A DNA stretch of 64,000 bases from Leptogorgia sarmentosa (Eukaryota), in assembly GCA_964658305.1 (NCBI GenBank), contig OZ210885.1, positions 23,746,001 to 23,810,000 on the forward strand, in the 5' to 3' direction. Position 1 is the first letter of the stretch. The number at the start of each line of letters is the position of its first letter. A program made the translations under genes and the position numbers. This document shows, in pieces, positions 25,633 to 38,416 of this stretch. Under the pieces are notes generated by a model. That model was not told the DNA's origin, searched no databases, and was given only the letters and a program-made list of their open reading frames with translations.

Positions 25633-26563
25633 TCAACTGATAGCCTTTGGTGCTGTTCTTGGAAATGTTTTCCTGATATCATTGTATATGCAAGCAGGTA
25701 AAGGCCTTCTGTTATCCCACCCAAGATATCCACAAAACCAACGCACTAGCCATCGGTATGCCACAGCACGTAAATACCTTAAAAAATTGGAAATTGGAGA
25801 TTATCAGTATGCTGGTTTTGTGCCATGTACAGTACCTCGTGTACCTGTATATTATATGTGGTAGGTTATTGATTGGAGAAAAGTCATCTAAAATTATTTT
25901 AGTCATTTCGAGCTGAAACCGTCCTCGTTCACTCATTCTCGTATACGTAGGAACCTGCTTTACTACATCTACAATAGCCTACTTACTCATTTTTGGTTTG
26001 TCCTGTTTTTCTCTTATATGGTCGTCCATCGATGCTTCGTAGTAATGGTCCAACCATAGTCAATACGGCTTCGTTTCTCATGGCGATGTAATCTTCATGC
26101 TGTGTTATGCAGCTTATTTTTTCTATCGAGCCATCAAAAATTGCCTTTCCAATGGTGCAAATAACTTCACGACAGCAGCGATATTCAAGTGCGCCGACGA
26201 GCAATTCAATTCGGCAGAAGTTGCATGAACACCTACCAACATATAATTACAGTATGTGTCAAAACAAATACAGGAAAATGATCACGGATCTGTTTACAAA
26301 ATGGAGTATTTAAGCGCTTACCAATCGCTTACTGGGGTGATCTTCGTAAATCTTGATTCCAGAATTTCTACAGGAATACTGTCTCTATCCTCTTCGAAAT
26401 TTAACGCCACTTCTTGCCCAGCAATAGCGAGAGGTTCGTCTTGGTATGGTTCACCGCCATATGGATTCATATCAACAACACCGAAATCTTCGTTGCTCAA
26501 GCTCTCTTCCAGAGAAACGCTTCGATTACATTCGTCGCTGCTATCTGATTGCCTCTCAGACAT
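25633..26563 (-). CDS. KolX accessory protein (Cys-rich, P2X7 ballast/ZCD-like), 3 exons (~26563-26320, ~26233-25985, ~25777-25633)
   Basis: PYQDEPLA...W|CSCNFC.......EYRCCREV...CITQHEDY...|YLRAVAYRWLVRWFCGYLGWDNRRPLPACIYNDIRKTFP with GT-AG junctions. Confidence 0.8.
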
Positions 26564-29113
26564 TCTTGCACATTAACGCATTTCACCAGAAAGTTGCTTT
26601 TTGCTTTATTTCTCAAGCTCACTTCTTCAACTGTTCGACTATTTTTAGTTCAATGGTTCGACTTCGATTTACATAGTGTGCGTAGTGCGGTCGCGACTCG
26701 CGACGCTCGTGTCATGTCCTACTTATGACGTCACGCAAGATGGCAGAAAATTCGCATGTACTGCTTGGAAGTAAACGTGATTTACGCTATAAATGATTGC
26801 ACAATACAGCATAAGCTTTACACTAAATTACGCAGCAAGACCTATATTTTCTTTTGGCGTAATAAAATAAAGGTCGAAAATTTCGTTGCATAAACACTTT
26901 AACAAGCATAAAACTGTCAAAAGCCGTCAAGGAAAATACCAGCATTGAAAAATCAATAACAAGCGTCAAAAATCAAACATCCCTAAAATCTTAACTTAAT
27001 TTAATATAATGCTGGCTTTGTGGTCATGATTTGTCTCATATCGTTTTATTGTGTTTTAAAAATTGAAAGAACTAAATCAAGGTAGCATGTTATGTTGTAC
27101 TTATATTAACCTTGCTATTAACTAGTTTTAGTGGTGTTGGTTGGATTATTTGTCATTAACTATATTTCGGAGTTTTACATATATAACTATGTTTCAAAGG
27201 TAACTATATTTATTTAAATATATTTACATTAACTATATTTCGACGTTTTACATATATAACTATGTTTCGGAGTTTAGTCATTCGTACCAAGATTAGTCAA
27301 ACTACAGGACGGAAAATTTCATCGATTGTCATTGTTAACAACAGCCGTCACATTAACCACCTTTTTACAATAGACAATGGTTCCCAAAAATGCATGGAAT
27401 GTTACACATGGTGTGTAGGCAGAACTTTTTGCACTATAAAAGAATCTGCAATCATAGTTTGATTCTTTTGATTTGTCATTCTGAGAGCGGTTAACTTCAG
27501 CTGCGAAAGTTTATCAGTATAATATTGCCTATACCTATACATCATGGTGGGAAAAGAGCAAATTGAATTTCGTAAATTTGATGATGATGAGATCACGAAT
27601 TTGGGTGATTTGGAAACTGTCTTTGATTTGGAGGTATGTAACATACATATTGAATTAATTTGAGCTGACGAAAATCGCTTTTGGGAGCGATTATAGAATG
27701 CCCCTCCACTTTTAAAACAGACTTGTTATCATGATACAATGATACTGTAATGAAAATGGCTATTACCATGCATACGCGATCAGCCAATGAGAACAATATT
27801 ATTGTAAATAATGGTATAAATAAGGTTTTGGTGTCTGAACTTGCGTGGAATTTTTGATATATTTTTGTCTAATTTATTACTAATCTATTGTTGTCTGATT
27901 TATTACATTTTGGCGACCCCGCCAGGATTTCCTTGGGGGCTCAGAAAAAGATTGTAGATGCCAGAAACTAGGGCACAAGCGGCTCAATGATAACGTTGAT
28001 GAAGCTTCATCGGAGAGCGCCCATGGGCATGAGTTGTCCTTTCAAGACAAATTGATGGCGTTAGTGAAGGAGCAACAGAAGTTGCTCAGACAATATAGAG
28101 AACACGACCGACAAACGTGTGTATCTTAGCAACAGGAGTTTGAGTTTTGCTTGTTATCGAGTGGTTGCGATGGAAGATATTCGAGTAATGCCACACACAG
28201 AAGCAATAATCCCAGCGAAGATTTTAGATTACTCTGGTGGATCAACTTTGGAGATTATTCAGGCTAACCACCTCAAAGCGATACCTGGTCTAATGGTTGG
28301 AAAAGTCCTGACAGAGTTATGTAGTGATGAACTCATAGTACCTGTAAGGGTCGCTAACGTGGCAGAAGAGGCGAGAGACGTGGTAGCTGGCGCAGATTTG
28401 GTGAAATGTGAACTCGTTAGTTGTGTGACTGATCAAAATGTAGCAGAAAACCAGAGTACTGACTCATCTGATAAATGTAGAAAGCTACCGGGACACTTGA
28501 AAACTTTATATCGGAATAGTGTTGAAGACTTAACGACAGAATATCAGAAGACCAAAGTATACAACTTGCAATGTAATAACGCTGATTTATTTTCTAAGTG
28601 GCCCAACGATATAGGGCAAACAGCCTTAGTAAAGCATAAGATTAACACAGGCAGTGCAAAATCAATCAAACATGCTCCACAACGACTTCCTTTTGCGAAA
28701 CGAGAAGCCGCGGATCAAGCTGTTGCCGAGATGCAAGAACACGACGTCATACCTACGTTCTTGTAGAACCTTCTACAAGCCAGTGGTCGTCACCCGTAGT
28801 CTTAGTGCAAAAGAAAGATGGAAGTCTTCGTTTTTGTGTCGATTACCGGAAGTTAAATAACGTCACTCTTAAAGACTCTTATCCCTTACCCCGAATCGAT
28901 GATACGTTGGATCATAGATGGTGTAATGAGAAGGATAGGCAACTAGGGAATGGGGCCGAAATATGTTATTGTTATGGAAATTTGGCGGTCACGTGATCTT
29001 AAGCCGACACAGAGGTGTTGACATCTGTATAGTTAACAGTGCATTGTATTACAATTTTTGGCCTTTCGACCACGCTTTCACGGTATTATCGAAGAAATCC
29101 TTCCGATTTAAAG

Positions 29114-29570
29114 ATGGATTACGAAGACGAAACCTCAAGCGATGAACGGGATGCTATGGAAGCAGTTGTTAACTCTCTTGTTGTTAAATCGACGAGAATG
29201 ACGATTTGGAGTTGGATGACTGTGTCAAGGACGGAGTTGAAGAGTGCACTCTCACTAAAAATTTCCCATGTGGGCTTTGTACTAAAGTATGTAAGTCTAA
29301 AGGTGGTCTTACTTTACATACAAGGGCAAAACATGGAGAGAAAACAGCCACACTGAAGTCTATTTCCCCGATGACTTCAAAGGTTGTTGGTGAAATCGTC
29401 GATAAAGCTGCTCAGTCTGTCATCACATCAAAATTATACGGCGAATCAATGGCAGAATTGATAACTCAAGTCGACCTCAAGCCATCTGAACGTCTCGTAA
29501 AAGAGTTAGGAAAGCTTTACGATAATTACTGTGAAAAGCTGGGTAGAGACAAACTCTTGAAAGACTTAAG
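29114..29570 (+). pseudogene. Truncated acidic C2H2 zinc-finger accessory gene inside the P-like element
   Basis: MDYEDETSSDERD..., a probable frameshift near 29185, then FPCGLCTKVCKSKGGLTLHTRAKH. Confidence 0.7.
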
Positions 29571-29753
29571 CCTCTCTTCGCTCGTTTCTTCATGCGTGCG
29601 AAGAATTGCAATTTTCCAAGCATTACGTGCCTCGGTTTTAATCCGCGATGTGTGCTCGGAGTCTGAAGACTTTACAGTCGGAATTCTAAATAAACTCAAA
29701 CCTTCGTATCGTCTACTGTGTGGACAATTCAGGAAAGTGCAGTTATCCGGCAT
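29570..29753 (-). pseudogene. N-terminal THAP-like fragment of a P-type transposase
   Basis: MPDNCTFLNCPHSRR..GLSLFRIP.....RNAW...ILRT fits the first half of a THAP domain (CxxxxC, F..P, W). Confidence 0.7.
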
Positions 29754-31690
29754 AATCCTCTTGAATATTCATGATAACAATCTTTGACGCGAATAGCACA
29801 GACAATGGCATATTTTAGGCATTTAAGCTTTGTGTCGCTTTAAGATCACGTGATTCGGTTAACCGGAAGTTTCAAGATACTCGCCCGCGCGCTGTACACG
29901 CAATAGGAGTTGCCTATCCTTCTCATTACACCATCTATGGTTGGATGCACTTGGTGGGTCCTAGTGGTTTTCAACCCTCGATCTAAAGTCCGGGTACTGG
30001 CAAGTTGAATTGGACCGAAAAGACAAAGAAAAAAAAGCCTTCAGCCTGGGTGGTGGCGGCTTGTGGCAATTTCGAGTTATGCCCTTCGGATTATGTAACG
30101 CTCCTGCGACTTGAAACCGAATTGGAAAGTCTACAACAGGTTTTGTGTCATCCTCATCTTGTCGTTTGGCAATAACCGCTTGTTTTAATTGTGATCGCTC
30201 TTCTCAAACGCTCTAATGCTGGTGCTTGTGATTTGGACCAAATAACTATTTCCTTCAACGGCACGTCGCCGTCGAGCATTGTTTCCTTCGTTTTTTCAAT
30301 AGACTTTTCTACTCGTTTGATTAAATCAGACTTTTTCAACACATGTCTCGATCTCGTCCCCGTCCCCTGTTTTTGCAAGAGTAGAAATCTCCCCAAGGTT
30401 CATTTCCGCAAGCTTTAAAAGCTTCTTGTGTTTCTCTGAATGCTCACTCGTTTTTTGGCATAATGATCTGCTGTATTTTCTGATGTTTTGTTTATGTCTA
30501 GCAACTTTGATATATTAAAATTCGGTGTTTAATCCGTCATAAATTCGCCATTTATTGAACCAAATCGTTAGAGTCCTGCCGGGTTTGTTTGGTATTATGA
30601 GTCATTAATATATTCCCGACTTTCTGTCACCTTTCTCAGACTTTCCAAATGGGATTTGGTCTGGGTAGTGAAACGAGTTTTAAGGCGATTTTCAAAATGG
30701 CCGCCATCTTGACCGGAAGTAGGAATTGGTTAAACCGGAACTCCTTTAGAAATAGAGTAGATTGTTTAAAAATGATACGTAATATATTGATTTTATGCTT
30801 TTAAACATGTTTATGTCACATTGTATTGTTGAATATTAAGAATTAACCTAAATATATGGTTTTCTTCAAAAACCTGGAAGTAATTTACATATCAGATCCG
30901 CCATCTTGTTTTTTTTCGAAATTGAGTCCAGCCACAGTATACGCTTGTGATTTTCTTTGGAAAATATTTCCATTACTAAACTAGATCGTTCTAAAGTAAA
31001 GAATATTCAGTCTGCTATTTTTAGTCAAGGTAAAAGTATCTGAAATTGTGAAAAAAACGGAAGGATCTCTATGTAAACTGTAAGTATTAAGATTGAATTC
31101 TCTGTAAAAATACGATACTCGATTTGTAAATAATCGGTCTTACAATATACTTACCTATTCAAGTTTCCCTTCGATTATAATTGGGGGGGGGGGGGTTGTA
31201 TTGAATGGGGGTATACAGAAATCGAGACACATAGACATCTTAAGATGAAAATAATGGTCATATAATTCTGAGTAATTTTGGGTTTTCAGGCATAGTTTTC
31301 TACTGTTTTCTCGTTGTTCGATACAGTTTTTTAATGTTAAATCGCGATTATGATCTTTAGTTTTTGGACAATTGTTATGTACTAATTGAAAAAACAAAGA
31401 GCCTTCTTAAAACAGCATAAACTACGAGTTCGAATTTAAAAAAAAAATTCATTTTACAGGGCTACTTTGTCATGGCAACAATCAAATTTCAATATGGTGG
31501 ATATTTTGACTTTAAATAATTTATATCGGAAAAGACATTGGTGAGCCACTATTTTTATTTCATACAATAGTTTCTTAGTGTATTGAATTCTTTGTACAGT
31601 TTTCTATTGACCCAACATTCTTCAAATCAAGCAAATGCGATTATTAATGGTGCTCGTTTCGATTATCCATAGAATTTGTTGGATAAAACC

Positions 31691-34600
31691 ATGGATGACC
31701 CTGACGGTATTGTCAGTCCAAAAACTGAATGGAGGCTTTGTGCGTTATGCCAAGAATTAAGCGAAGAGCCTTTACAGTGCCCTGCAGACTCAAAACGCCA
31801 AGACATAGGTGCTGGATATAAAACTTTGGCAGGCAATTTAGAGAAGTTTGCGAATTTGGGATGTATGCCAAGGGAAATAAGTCTATCCCGATTGAACGAA
31901 GGCAGTGGCATCGCAGCAACGTTAATGAAGAACAATGCCCGATGGCATAGAAGTTGTTATGCCCTTTTCAACTCGACCAAGCTAAAAAGAGCTGAAAAAA
32001 GAAAAAAGAAGAAGCAGCCGCTAGGTGGTGAAAAGTTTACGCGTTCAAATGCCAATGCCTATACCAAAGACACAAGTCCCTCGTGTTTCTTGTGCGAGTC
32101 TGATGATCAGCCGTTACACTGTGTCTCGACACTTGGGGTACATGCTCGAGTCTGTGAGTGTGCATTGTTGTTAAATGACGAAAAGCTTTTAGCTAAGCTT
32201 GGCGGTGGCGATCTGTTTGCTCTAGAGGCACGCTATCACGCTAAGTGCCTTGCAATGCTGTATAGGAATGCAGAGTACGCCAAAAGAGATAACATGCCGG
32301 AGAGCGAAATGCCTGACCGTCAGGATGGCATTGCCCTCGCGCAGCTTGTACACAGACTGCTTGAAGCAGCTCGGTTATGAATGTTCTACACGGGTGAACA
32401 CTTCGCGTCTTAAGGAACGTCTTTTATGTCAAATTCCTGACCTCCAGGCTTATGTTAAGGGATGCAATGTATTTTTTGTTTTCACGAAGGACGTTGGCAA
32501 TGCACTGCATAAACTCCATAAAGATGACCTAGATGATGAGGCTATGCATCTAGCAAAGACAGCCTCAATCGTCCGTAAAGACATACATGCCAATAAGTAC
32601 TCCTTCAATGGATCTTTTGAGCAAAATTGTCAAAGTAGCTCTGTCCCAACATCCCTCTTATCCCTTATCACCATGATTCTCTACGGACCTAACATAATTG
32701 ACCAGGCTGAACGCTCATCGAAAGAACAAGCAGCTCTAACCATCGCACAACTGGTGCAGTTCAATGCGTATCAGCGTCGCCGGAAAGGAGAGGTTAAGCG
32801 GGAACGGCGGAACAAATCTAGAGAGTCTCCTCTGCCAATCTATGTAGGGGTATCTGTACACGCCAAGACTAGGAGCCGTGATCTTGTAGACAGACTGCAT
32901 CGATTAGGAATCTCTATTTCCTACGATAGAGTAATGAGCATTTCAACAGACCTTGGTAATGAAGTATGTCGCTGCTACCGGGAAGAGAAGGCAGTGTGTC
33001 CTTCAAATCTACGTCTGGGCCTTTTTACAACTGCTGCCGTGGACAATATTGACCACAACCCGAGCTCGACGACTGCAAAGGATTCATTTCACGGCACTGG
33101 TATATCTTTATTTCAGCACCCATCCAAGGATAATCCTGGTACGGAAAGGCCACCTATCAATATATCACAAGATACCGGTGAATCGATCAAGGAACTTCCA
33201 GCATCCTACACAGACGTCATCCCTGTGTCAGCGACAGTGGGTAAAGCTCAGCTTCCAGCCATTGTCTCAGAGATAAAATCAGATGGAAGCTCCTTCGCTC
33301 GCGGCATGAAAGATGAGCTAAAATGGCTTGAGGTATCCAGCGCCATAATACTTAACAAGGAAACACTGGAAGAAAACGTAAATGTGTCTTGGTCCGCTTT
33401 CCACTCCCATCAACCATCATGTACCCCACCCACTTCAATCGCAATTTCAGCGCTTTTACCACTTTTCCCAGACCAAGCCAAATCAGTTGCCATGATTAAG
33501 CATGCCATGGACGTCGTAAAGCTTTCAGTTAATCACTTGAATCCTGGCCAAATTCCTGTCGTCGCCTTAGATCAGCCCCTGTATGCTGTGGCGAAGGAGA
33601 TCCAGTGGAAGATGCATGACAATTACGGCGAAGATAAGTTTGTGATGATGTTTGGTGGTCTCCATGTAGAGCAGGCATTTTTGAAGGTGAACGGTCAGTG
33701 GCTCGAAAATAGCGGATGGACAGCAGCCCTTATGCCCAAGCATAACCCGCACACGGAGAGCCCGTCAAGTAACGGCGAGCACACTTTTCATTCTGCTTCA
33801 AAGGGCATAGAAAAGATACGCCAATGGGATGACTGAAGACGTCCTTACCTTTGATGAATGGTGCACGAGCAAGGTGTCAACAGTACCACAGTTCCAGTTC
33901 TGGCACACGGCCCTACAATTGGAGCTCCTTCTACTTGTTTTCTTGAAATCTCTACGTCGAGCTGACTTTGGTATGTATGTGGATGCAGTTTGGAAGATGT
34001 TGCCATGGTTCTTTGCTCTGAACCACCCAAACTATGCCCGTTGGCTTACAATACATGTACGCGATATGCGCGCGTTAGGCGACCAAGCCCCATCCGTAGC
34101 ACAAGCATTAAATCAGGGTCTGTTTGCTGTAAGCAAAACCTTGAGAAGATGTTCCACAATTGCCATCGATCAAGCACACGAGCAGAACAACGCAATGGTC
34201 AAGGGCGATGGAGGGGCCGTGGGCTTGACTGAGAATCCAAATGCTCTTCGCAGATGGATGCTCTCTGGGCCTGAGATGGCACGGCTTGTCAATGAGTTCG
34301 AAGCGTGTGACGATGCCAGTTACCACCATGAAGCACAGCAAAGCTTTCAGGTTGCATTTCACCAAGACGTTAAGTCTCTCGTGCAAGTGTATGAAGATTT
34401 TGGTAACCCCTTCGACGAGGACAGCGCAGATCTTGTTGTCTTGGATTCCAAAGAAGTAGCAGATAAGGAAGGAGTACTACGAATGCAGCAAGTGGATGAA
34501 CTTGGAAGAAAGCAGTGTGAAAAATTCATTCAAGAGCGCTTAGTAGAACAGAAGACACCACTGGATGAACCTATTACCAGAAACAAGCTCGACTTCTTCT

Positions 34601-36062
34601 CGACTACTTCACGAAAGAAGAAATCAAAGGTAAATCAGAAGCTCTCCTCTATGAAAAGCGATTGCTCCCTTTTCTCTCGGCTCTTCATAGCCTGCCAAAC
34701 ACGAAATGGCGACCTGGATGATTTCTTCAAGCATGAAAACCAAGGCTGTCCACCCTCGCTATCTGATGAAGGAAATCTGCGCTTACTGCGACAGAAATCC
34801 GAGCTCGCAAATTGTCCCCCCAGCCAACAGCGACGTGATAATCATGGATGGAGCAGCAGTGGTCAACATCGTTAGGCCTACAGGAACTGAAAGAACATTC
34901 TCGGGGTATGCTACAGCAACTTTTGTCTCCTACGTCATCGCTCAGCTTCGCCATGTAAAACGTGTTGACATTGTGTGGGATACATACAAAGAGAACAGTC
35001 TAAAAGCCACTACTCGTAGTCTTCGTGGAGCAGGATTAAGGCAACGCGTTGCACCAGACAACCAACTACCAAGAAGCTGGAAAGATTTCCTTCGTGTTGA
35101 CCAGAACAAACAAGAGTTGTTTCAGTTCCTCGCACAATGTGTCACCTCGATTGACTCGGAGCGCCAAGTAATATCAACACATGGGGAACAAGTTTTAAGC
35201 AGCCATCCACGCGACGATACATCAACTTTAGCTCCCTGTACTCACGAAGAAGCCGACACGAGGATGTTCCTGCATGTAGCAGATGCTGTACAGTGTGGTT
35301 TCACCAGAATCATCGTGCGTACTGTTGACACAGATGTACTGGTACTGGCAGTGTCTCTGGTCCAGCAACTACAGGAGCAGGCAAGCGAAGATATCAAACT
35401 CTGGGTAGCATTTGGTACTGGTACACATCTACGCTATCTAGCAGCCCACAAGATCGCTGAAGCGCTAGGTACCAACGTCGCACGTGCCCTTCCTGCTTTC
35501 CATGCTTTCACCGGATGTGACACAGTGTCTAGTTTCTTTTGGCAAGGGCAAGAAAACCGCGTTGGATACTTGGAATAGTTATCCTGAAGTCACCCCTGTA
35601 TTTCTGGCCATGTCCAACACGCACTCGGAAATTTATGATGAGTGGATGACAGCTTTGGAGCGCTACACTGTGTTATTGTACAACAGAACGAGCACTGCAT
35701 CTACAGTCAACGAAGCCCGGAAGCAACTGTTCACTCATAAGGGACGACAGTTTGACGCCCTCCCTCCAACGCGAGCAGCATTAGCTGAACATGTCAAGCG
35801 TACGGTTTACCAGGCTGGTCATGTCTGGGGACAATCGCTAGCGCCGAATCCTTCTCTTCCAAGTCCACAAGATTGGGGATGGGACGCAGATGGCGGGGAA
35901 TGGCGACCCTTCTGGACAACGTTACCAGAGATCACCAAATCATGCCAGCAGTTGGTCAAGTGTGCCTGCAAGGGTGCCTGCCGTGGACGTTGCAGATGTC
36001 GCAAGGTCAGTCTGAGCTGTACAGCTCTCTGCAAATGTCCAGATGACTGCGACAACCGATGA
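31691..36062 (+). pseudogene. Academ protein: zinc fingers, DDE transposase, XPG/FEN1-like nuclease, C-terminal Cys cluster (frameshifted)
   Basis: DNIDHNPSSTTAKDSFHGTGISLFQ, ALDQPLY, FGGLHVE, DQAHEQNN, HEEADTR, DTDVLVL, HAFTGCDTVS, GKGKKTA, LPPT..AL..H..R..YQA, CACKGACRGRCRCRK....CTALCKC. Confidence 0.9.
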
Positions 36063-36285
36063 AGTACTGTGATCGTGTCACAAGAGTTTGAATAGTTTGA
36101 ATAGTCGAAGTACGTAATGTAATCGATTTGGAACATGTTTGGAATCCTTAACCCCCCAGAGTAGCTAACATTGTGTGAACGAGATAAGATGAAATGTCTC
36201 AAAGTAGACTGTATTGTATTAGATTGTTATCAAATATATGGAATTTTTATTCAATGGAGAGCAATTGTACCTCGTTTATTATCTA

Positions 36286-37291
36286 CAGTGGGGGTCATGA
36301 GTCTGAGTCCATTCGATATTTGTTCTGCATTTACGATAAATAGTATCTTATAAGTTGGGAAATTACATATGATTATCTCAACATGCGCATTATATGCTGC
36401 CAATGCCTCCCACATTTTCTCTAGTGATGTTTGTGATATTTAAGTTATCATAGTAATAAATAAAACCATTGCTGAGAGCTCAAAATAAAAGAAAACGATT
36501 GTTATGGGCTCGAAAATTCAAAGGCTACACAAAAAAGGATTGGGAGAATGTTCTTTTTACCGATGAATCCAAATTCGAACTATATGGAAATAAGCGGCGG
36601 ATTTACGTTAGATGTCGCAAGAATGAGAAATTTCTCAGTTCTTGCATCAAACCGACGGTGAAACATGGTGGTGGGAACATTCAAGTTTGGGGATGCTTCA
36701 GTTACAAAGGTGTTGGCGATCTCTATAAAATTACGAACAATATGGAAAAAAACCAATATCATTCAATCTTACAAAGACATGCCATACCATCTGGATTAAA
36801 GTTGTGCGGCAAGGGTTTTGTGTTGCTGCAAGATAATGATCCAAAACACACGTCTCATCTCTGCAAGAACTACTTGAAGAGAAAAGAGGGAAGAGGGGTT
36901 CTGAAAGGTATGGATTTCCCTCCTCAATCTCCAGACCTAAGTCCGATTGAGAATTTATGGGATCACTTAAAGCGAGCGAAATTGAAATATAATTCCACGA
37001 GTAAAGACAAGTTGTGGGATGTCCTAAATCGATGTTGGAATAACATTATGCCAGCAGTTCTAAGGAAACTTGTTCACTCCATGCCAAATAGAGTTAAAGC
37101 TGTTTTAAAGGCAAAAGGAGGTCATACAAAATACTAGGATGATGTTAGTTTGACACAAATCGTATAACGTCTTCTAATGTTCATGTGTTATACTGTTTGT
37201 GTGCACTTGTATTGTGTTGAGGAAAATGTATTGAAAAATGCAATTCAAGACAAAATCATACTGACTGGACTCAGACTCTTGACCCCCACTG
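36286..37291 (+). mobile_element. Tc1-like element with DD38E spacing, internally deleted, nested in the Academ 3' region
   Basis: 26-bp TIR CAGTGGGGGTCA(T/A)GAGTCTGAGTCCA with a TA TSD on both sides. Confidence 0.9.
36469..37137 (+). pseudogene. Tc1-family transposase catalytic domain; N-terminal HTH missing
   Basis: VLFTDESKF, PTVKHGGG, VWGCF, QDNDPKH, PPQSPDLSPIENLW, SMPNR..AV..AKGGHTKY. Confidence 0.9.
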
Positions 37292-37641
37292 TACTTCCGG
37301 TCATTTGGCGGCCATTTTGTGTTTTTGGGGTTTCTTTATCTGGTTATTTGATTATGTGTGGCTAAGGTAGCAATTTTTTTGAATAATTTGTTTTGTTTCG
37401 CATATTTGGTTATGTTTTCAACCAAGTTTTAGATAATTAGAGTTTTCCTCGCTATATTCGATTTCACTTCCGGTTCAAAATGGCCGCCATTTTGAAAACA
37501 TCCCCTAAATACCACTTAATGTGAATTTTTGAGATGGCACTATATCCAGTCTTGTTAATCACCTTGAAAACTATCCTCATGGCGAATTTGGTGCTTTTAA
37601 CAGAAAGTGAACACTTTTAGCACATATCTGCCCCACTAGGG

Positions 37642-38400
37642 CAAAAGTAAAAGGATATGGTGAGGCCATATTTTTCCAATACTGGAAAAACTGTGTGCAT
37701 ATCATTGACACCAATGTCTTGCCACTAATGTAAGCTTAATAAAACGAGATCCCAGTCTCGAAAAAACGTCTTAACTTTTAACATGAAATGCCAGATGAAA
37801 TGAGGATCTAAATTCTCAAATACTGACAAAGATAAGAGGAACTGAGATGTCGGGTTTCAGTCAAGCACCTCAACCTGACAACAGAAGCACGCAGCAGGGT
37901 TGGAAATAAAGACCACTGCCTTAGCGTTACCCCCTAGAGAGCCCTGCAAACAGGCACGAACACCAAGAGTACTGCTGCCAAAATCAAGGCAAAGCGAAGC
38001 ACAAACGAATGGCGAACATGTGCGGAATTCACAACACATGACAGCGCCACGAAGGGAAACGGGAAACCTTCGATCAGAAGACAGGCTTTGGCAATTGCTC
38101 ATAGCGTGCTATAAACTTTCGCTGTTTCAAATACCAGTTCAAAGAGTCTAACGAGCACTTCCAAGAGTCTAACGAGCACTTCCAAGAGTCTAAAGAGCAC
38201 TTCTTTAAAGAACACTTCGCTTGCTGAAATGTTCTTTACGGTTCTCTCAATTTCATCTCCGTAAAGCTGTTCAGATATAATGTTCCTTTTAATAGTCTCC
38301 ACAATGGACGGATGAATCTTTGTCTGAGACACTGTGTTTGGAGTTGTTGTGCTTCGTTAGACCTCCTTTTGATTTTCTACAATGTCAATAACAATGTTTA
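37642..38400 (-). pseudogene. Possible DIRS-like retroelement remnant
   Basis: Weak similarity only: QLYGDEIERTVKNI (gag-like) and a degenerate RT-like stretch near 37660-37750. A ~21-bp unit is repeated three times at about 38142-38203. Confidence 0.3.
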
Positions 38401-38416
38401 AGAGAACGGGCTAAAT

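Larger units (their letters stand above)
21682..26898 (+). mobile_element. Kolobok DNA transposon with convergent transposase and KolX genes
   Basis: Perfect 20-bp TIR AGTGTTTATGCAACGAAATT, TTAA on both sides (21678-21681, 26899-26902), AG..CT termini. Confidence 0.9.
28913..29939. mobile_element. Internally deleted P-element-like DNA transposon (1027 bp) retaining the 5' ends of two convergent genes
   Basis: 32-bp perfect TIR CATAGATGGTGTAATGAGAAGGATAGGCAACT; 7-bp TSD GTTGGAT (28906-28912, 29940-29946); removal restores the Gypsy RT frame. Confidence 0.85.
27400..30112 (+). mobile_element. Gypsy LTR retrotransposon remnant: 5' LTR (~27400-27907), PBS, start of gag, large deletion, start of RT
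   Basis: TG..CA-bounded segment followed by TGGCGACCCCGCCAGGA (27911) and MPETRAQ. RT motifs [50 protein letters not shown]...[12 protein letters not shown] are interrupted by the P-like element. Confidence 0.85.
30666..37638 (+). mobile_element. Academ (XPG-type) DNA transposon, near full length
   Basis: TAGTG...CACTA termini with a 3-bp GGG TSD (30663-30665, 37639-37641); inverted subterminal blocks TTTTCAAAATGGCCGCCAT..GACCGGAAGT near 30690 and 37465. Confidence 0.9.

Noticed and set aside
25633..26563. Host P2X7 purinoceptor gene
   Set aside because: Only the ballast-like domain is present, with no channel, and it lies inside Kolobok TIRs.
30113..30660. Identifiable gene in ORF 30154..30396(-)
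   Set aside because: It is possibly a gag N-terminus but too degenerate to assign.
34706..36062. Host XPG/FEN1 repair gene or tesmin-like gene
   Set aside because: It is part of the Academ polyprotein within TAG..CTA termini.
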